From Planctomycetota bacterium (GTDB lineage Bacteria > Planctomycetota > B15-G4 > SIAN01): DNA of 60,081 nucleotides. Shown here piece after piece: positions 59,942 to 60,081 of this stretch (the first letter of the stretch is position 1; each line of letters opens with the position of its first letter). Below the pieces are notes generated by a model. It searched no databases. It had not been told where the DNA came from and saw nothing but the letters and a program-made list of their open reading frames with translations. Location of the stretch: assembly GCA_036732755.1 (NCBI GenBank), contig DAINBU010000006.1:26688-86768 (forward strand). The letters are read 5' to 3'. The position numbers and the translations under genes are program-made.

Positions 59942-60081
59942 ATGCCGCTCTCTGCTCCGGCCGCGTTGGTGGCGTTCGCGTCCCTCGTTTTCGTCCAGGA
60001 TCCGGCCGGCGCCGACGACTCCTGCTGCCGCACCGAGCGCAAGGCGGTCGACCCGGCGCTCCTCCCCAAGGACCGCAAGTC
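59942..60081 (+). CDS. Partial ORF (5' end only) encoding a signal-peptide-like N-terminus with a CC pair
   Basis: MPLSAPAALVAFASLVFVQDPAGADDSCCRTERKAVDPALLPKDRK runs off the window end. Only its position downstream of the rSAM/SPASM gene makes it notable. Confidence 0.2.
   Translation, partial: MPLSAPAALVAFASLVFVQDPAGADDSCCRTERKAVDPALLPKDRK

Noticed and set aside
1-60081. CRISPR arrays, transposases/IS elements, rRNA or tRNA genes
   Set aside because: I saw no regularly spaced short direct repeats. No DDE or serine-recombinase motifs are visible. I found no tRNA-like cloverleaf or rRNA-like sequence on inspection.

Overview
This is a very high-GC (about 70%) bacterial window with a Myxococcota/deltaproteobacterial flavour. 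Its central finding is a split class-I-lanthipeptide-like RiPP locus at about 8.1–24.4 kb. I annotated 49 genes in total: 47 CDS, one partial CDS and one ncRNA; about a third of the long six-frame ORFs are Arg/Ala-rich shadows of genes on the other strand, which I rejected. I found no CRISPR array, transposase, rRNA or tRNA.

The RiPP locus contains a standalone LanC cyclase (8143..9399 -) and a full-length LanB dehydratase (17050..20247 +). It also holds three paralogous small precursor genes. Two sit in tandem upstream of lanC (9407..9586 -, and 9760..9936 -, which is under 60 aa and therefore missing from the ORF track). The third is on the opposite strand, immediately upstream of lanB (16791..16982 +). 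All three share the leader motif KRF-x-IEKLEERIAP-x-KGGKG, Cys/Ser/Thr/Gly-rich cores, a C-terminal Tyr and a near-identical 5'UTR/RBS. Their neighbours are:
- an ATGA-coupled ECF sigma factor and a 1305-aa Ser/Thr kinase with TPR repeats;
- three oxidoreductases: a thioredoxin-reductase-like flavoprotein, an AKR-like protein ATGA-coupled to the third precursor, and an FAD-linked oxidase;
- an unusual fusion of a PqqD-like RiPP-recognition element, an M50 metalloprotease and a HlyD adaptor.

Downstream of the RiPP locus, at about 24.4–31.5 kb, is a porin–multiheme-cytochrome module that looks built for extracellular electron transfer. It comprises a decaheme lipoprotein, a periplasmic cytochrome with about 13 haems, a beta-barrel porin and a membrane-anchored hexaheme cytochrome.

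Other notable elements are:
- an ECF sigma factor fused to a transmembrane segment and CarbopepD_reg-like repeats, followed by a lower-GC trio of small membrane-protein genes;
- an astacin-like protease and an alpha/beta-hydrolase–metacaspase fusion;
- a flotillin;
- NYN/OST-HTH, YeeE/YedE, sulfatase and ruvX genes;
- an RNase P RNA (rnpB) on the minus strand at about 56.57–57.02 kb;
- an M28 peptidase and a radical-SAM/SPASM protein.
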